Shown: piece after piece, positions 60,763 to 64,000 of the stretch
Position numbering within the stretch: position 1 is the stretch's first letter
Layout: each line of letters starts with the position of its first letter
Notes under the pieces: model-generated
Seen by the model: only the letters and a program-made list of their open reading frames with translations
Database searches by the model: none
Told to the model about the DNA's origin: nothing
Source of the DNA: Mobula hypostoma
Taxonomy: Eukaryota
Assembly (NCBI RefSeq): GCF_963921235.1
Contig: NC_086097.1
Coordinates: 160,582,001-160,646,000 of the forward strand
Length of the DNA stretch: 64,000 nt
Direction of reading: 5' to 3'
Translations under genes and position numbers: made by a program

Positions 60763-63201
60763 AAAAAAAAAGCTCAGACTGCCTTAGCAGAGGCAAAGAT
60801 ATATGAAGAAGCACTGATTTACACAGTGGTGAATCTATGACCAGCGCCCAGTCATGCTCTGCCATCACAACAGCCAATGTGTCTTACCAATGAATCTGCC
60901 CAAATGCACTTTGGCTATAAAAAAGACAATGCATCAGTTCTAGAAGGAGAAGCTGTCCACACCACTCGGCCAGCATGTTGTTCACATAGCCCACGTATTG
61001 ATAGTCAAGGTCTAAAGCTGCAAAGAGCCACAACACTCCCTTCCACAGTTTGACCACAGTAAAAGACATTAATCAAAAATTATTACTGATACCAAACCTA
61101 TCTTCACAGACATGGACAAACTGAGCTTTCTTCCATCGCAGGACACACATTTTCCAAGCCAGTCTCCAGAATTCTTTAATTCAGGAGCTGCAGGTGCAGA
61201 GCTCTGGCTTGTTATTTGGCTTGTTGAAATTTAGTTGCAGCAGGAATAAAAGTGTTCAACAGCCATCCTAACAGTTATCTGTACTGGAAGTCAAGCTTTC
61301 GCAATGCCATGGAAGGATTAAATCTCAAACCTAGTGAGGAACTAGACCTTCTCTATAAGTGGCTTGATGGAGAGGCACTGCAACATGCAAGAGTTAGAGC
61401 AGTTCACATTAATAATCCAGCTACAGGTTTACAAATGCTGTAGTAGAGGCTGGACAAATACTATGGCTCTCCAGAGGCAATTGAAGAATCTCTTTTCAGC
61501 AGACTTGATAATTTTCCAAAGCTCTCACACAAAGAACTGCAGAAGTTATAGACAATTGCAGATTTGTTGCTGGAACTGCAAACCACACAAAAAAAAGAGG
61601 GTTACTTACTAGGACTCAGTTTCTTGGATACAGCAAGAGGAATAAACTCTACAGTGAAGAAGCTAATGAACAATACCAAGAACAGTAGATAACTGAAAGG
61701 TTCAAGTATAAAATGAAGCATCATGCCCGTATCCACCATTTTCATTCTTTGGTGAATCTGCCACCACGCAGAAATGCGAAATTACCCCAGTTTTTTGCTC
61801 TCAACTTATGGTAACACATCATTCAAAGAAAGGTCTCCAGCAAAAGCATGGAAAATCAGAACCCCTATCACAGTCAGCAAATAATGAAGTAAAAAACTAT
61901 ATTGAACCCCGATAGAAAATGCTCTGTCCGGAAGAAACCTCACCATTTAAGGAAATGCAGAGGATTCAGAGCGGGAAAAAAAACGCTTGCAGAACAGGGG
62001 TGCTTTCTAAAAGAACACTCAATATGTTTCAAGTATTGTGCTTCAACAGCACACCAAGCAAAAGAGTATAAAGCTATCCTACACTGCACTGAATGTAACA
62101 GTGACCAGCACATATCAGCATTTCACTGAGGACCAGCACTTTGGGCTGGTACTGGTTCCAGTAAACCCACAGCAGAGCACAGTGGGCAGCCAGTCGAGCA
62201 TCCATCGGATGCAGCTACTTCCTCACGCACAGAGGTATGCAGGGAAGGCTTCCCAGGCAAATCCTGCTCTAAAATACGTCTAGCCAACATCTACCTGAAA
62301 GGACATCCTGAGCCAAAAACAAAAGCATATGTGATATACGATGACCAGCGCAATTTGTTCTTGGCAAAATCAACATTCTTTCATATATTCAGTATTCAAA
62401 GTTCTGCTTCCCCATACACTCTAAAGACATGTTCTAAAGCATCATAGATTGCTGGAAGAAGAGACAGTGGATATATTATGGAGTCAATAGGAGGGGACCT
62501 TTGCTTACCCTTGCCAATCCTCTGAGTGCAACTGTATTCCTAGCAACAGGGATGAAATCCCAACTCCTGAAGCTGCATGCGATCATTCACATCTTAAGGC
62601 CATAGTTTACAATATTTCCCCATTTATCACCATCCGTGCACACTATGCACATGAACAGCACAATGGTTAGCACAATACACCTTACGCCAACAACTGGACC
62701 TATGTTGGGTCGTACTGGGTGACGTCTGCCTCAATGGTGCTCATCAGCAGATTTAAGACTAACATACTGGAAAACTGCAACTAAGTCATTTCAGACCCTG
62801 TGAGAGTAGAATCTGTATGAAGAAAAGATTACAGGTAAGCAAACCAAGCACCTGACATATTTACCTCTGCTTAACCAGATTTAGGGAAGCTGGTATTTTG
62901 TCCCTCAGAAGATGATTTGAAGCTGGCACCTTCCACCAAAGATGAGTTCTTTCTTTGAATTATGGACAAAGAATTTAGCAAAGATGAGCCAGTCAGTAGC
63001 TCCCCTTCCTTTCCACTCTTCTTGACAACTCATACCAAACAATAGAGCAGGCCCTTAGTCGACTCATGTCCATCAGCTGCACATTGAGAAGGAAACCAAA
63101 AATGAAAAATCATTACATGGAGTTAATGGAGAAATTCTTCAAGAACAATCACAGTGAGTTAGGTCCTCCACCATATCCCAACAAAGAAAACTAGTATTTG
63201 T

Positions 63202-63332
63202 CAGTTCTGATGAAGGGTCTCAGCCCAAAACATCAACTGTACTCTTTTCCATAGATGCTGCCTGGCCTACTGAGTTCCTCCAGCATTTTGTGTGTGTTGT
63301 TTAGATTTCCAGCATCTGCAGAATTTCTCATC
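63202..63332 (+). mobile_element. ~130-bp Penelope-terminus mini-element headed by a decayed hammerhead
   Basis: CAGTT-CTGATGA-AGGGTCTCAGCCC-AAAA-CATC-AACTG, then 'gatgctgcctggcc...ccagcatctgcagaatttctc'. TSD agtatttgtc (63193-202) / agtacttgtc (63333-342). Confidence 0.8.
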
Positions 63333-63399
63333 AGTACTTGTCCAACTTTAGTGCTTACCATCCCTAGAAACCTGCACAAATACAGACTGTCTTTGATTG

Positions 63400-63610
63400 A
63401 AGTTCGCAGTTCAAAGTTAAATACCCCAGTTTTTTTTTTGTATTTGTACAGTTCGTCTTCTTTTGAACATTGGTTGTTTCTCCATCATTGTTGTGTATAG
63501 TTTTTCACTGATTCTGTTGTGTTCCTTTGTATCAACTTTGAATACCCAAAAGAAAATTAATTAAGGAACATATACATACTTTGATAAAAAAAATCACATT
63601 GAACTTTGAT
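63400..63610 (+). mobile_element. Retroposon 3' tail fragment
   Basis: Ends 'tactttgataaaaaaaatcacattgaactttga', similar in style to the tail at 20300-20326. Confidence 0.4.
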
Positions 63611-64000
63611 CAAGATGAACTCTTGACCTAGCAGGAATGTACCAAAAACAAAGACAGGGCTTCAGGTTTTATGACTTTAACTGATTATAATGGATAAATG
63701 AAACACTGAAAAACCTATTCAGAAAAAATAGTTTCCATTTGCTCAGGAAGCCAAAATATTGTGCCAAAATAAAGAATAATGTTCATCATTTGTTCAGCAG
63801 GTAAATCAATCATAATGACAACAGGACTGCCCAGTCATTAATCTTACTTGTACTCTAACTCAGACAGCACACCAAACTCAAATGAAAACTTGCATTTAAC
63901 CATTCTTCACAAGAATAAATAGAACCATTGTACTCCAGCTAAATTTTGATCTTCTTAAAAGTTGGTCTTTGCCTTGATTTTGGCATCTCTAATTTCCTCA

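Larger units (their letters stand above)
59840..63385 (+). mobile_element. BEL/Pao LTR retrotransposon remnant (gag, triple zinc knuckle, protease, pre-RT region)
   Basis: FNSHPNSYLYWKSSFRNAMEGLNLKPSEELDLLYKWL (DUF1759-like); CSVRKKPHHLRKC, CFKYCASTAHQAKE, CTECNSDQHISAFH; KAYVIYDDQRN; YLSNFSAYHP*KP. No LTR recognised. Confidence 0.85.

Overview
Eukaryotic, AT-rich and repeat-saturated DNA, most likely intronic or intergenic. The repeat set (HE1-type SINEs, CR1/HER1 LINEs, Rex1/Babar LINEs, Neptune-like Penelope elements) points to a cartilaginous fish, probably a ray; this is an inference. I recognise no intact cellular gene, only one plausible minus-strand exon (54382-54543) and two weaker candidates. 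Most of the window is nested transposon debris: a two-LTR Gypsy element carrying several insertions (13400-21601), long CR1 and Rex1/Babar LINEs, a BEL/Pao remnant, Tigger, Tc1 and hAT DNA transposons, a non-autonomous Helitron and several SINEs. The most notable signal is six copies of a minimal type I hammerhead ribozyme (CUGANGA-stem II-GAAAC/GUC) in Penelope-like termini. Two copies are core-intact. One decayed copy heads a ~130-bp TSD-flanked mini-element. Other highlights are a 4E-BP-like YxxxxL-phi motif at the Rex1 N-terminus, a 234-bp orphan palindrome and recurrent Penelope junction and truncation points. Boundaries of degenerate elements are approximate.
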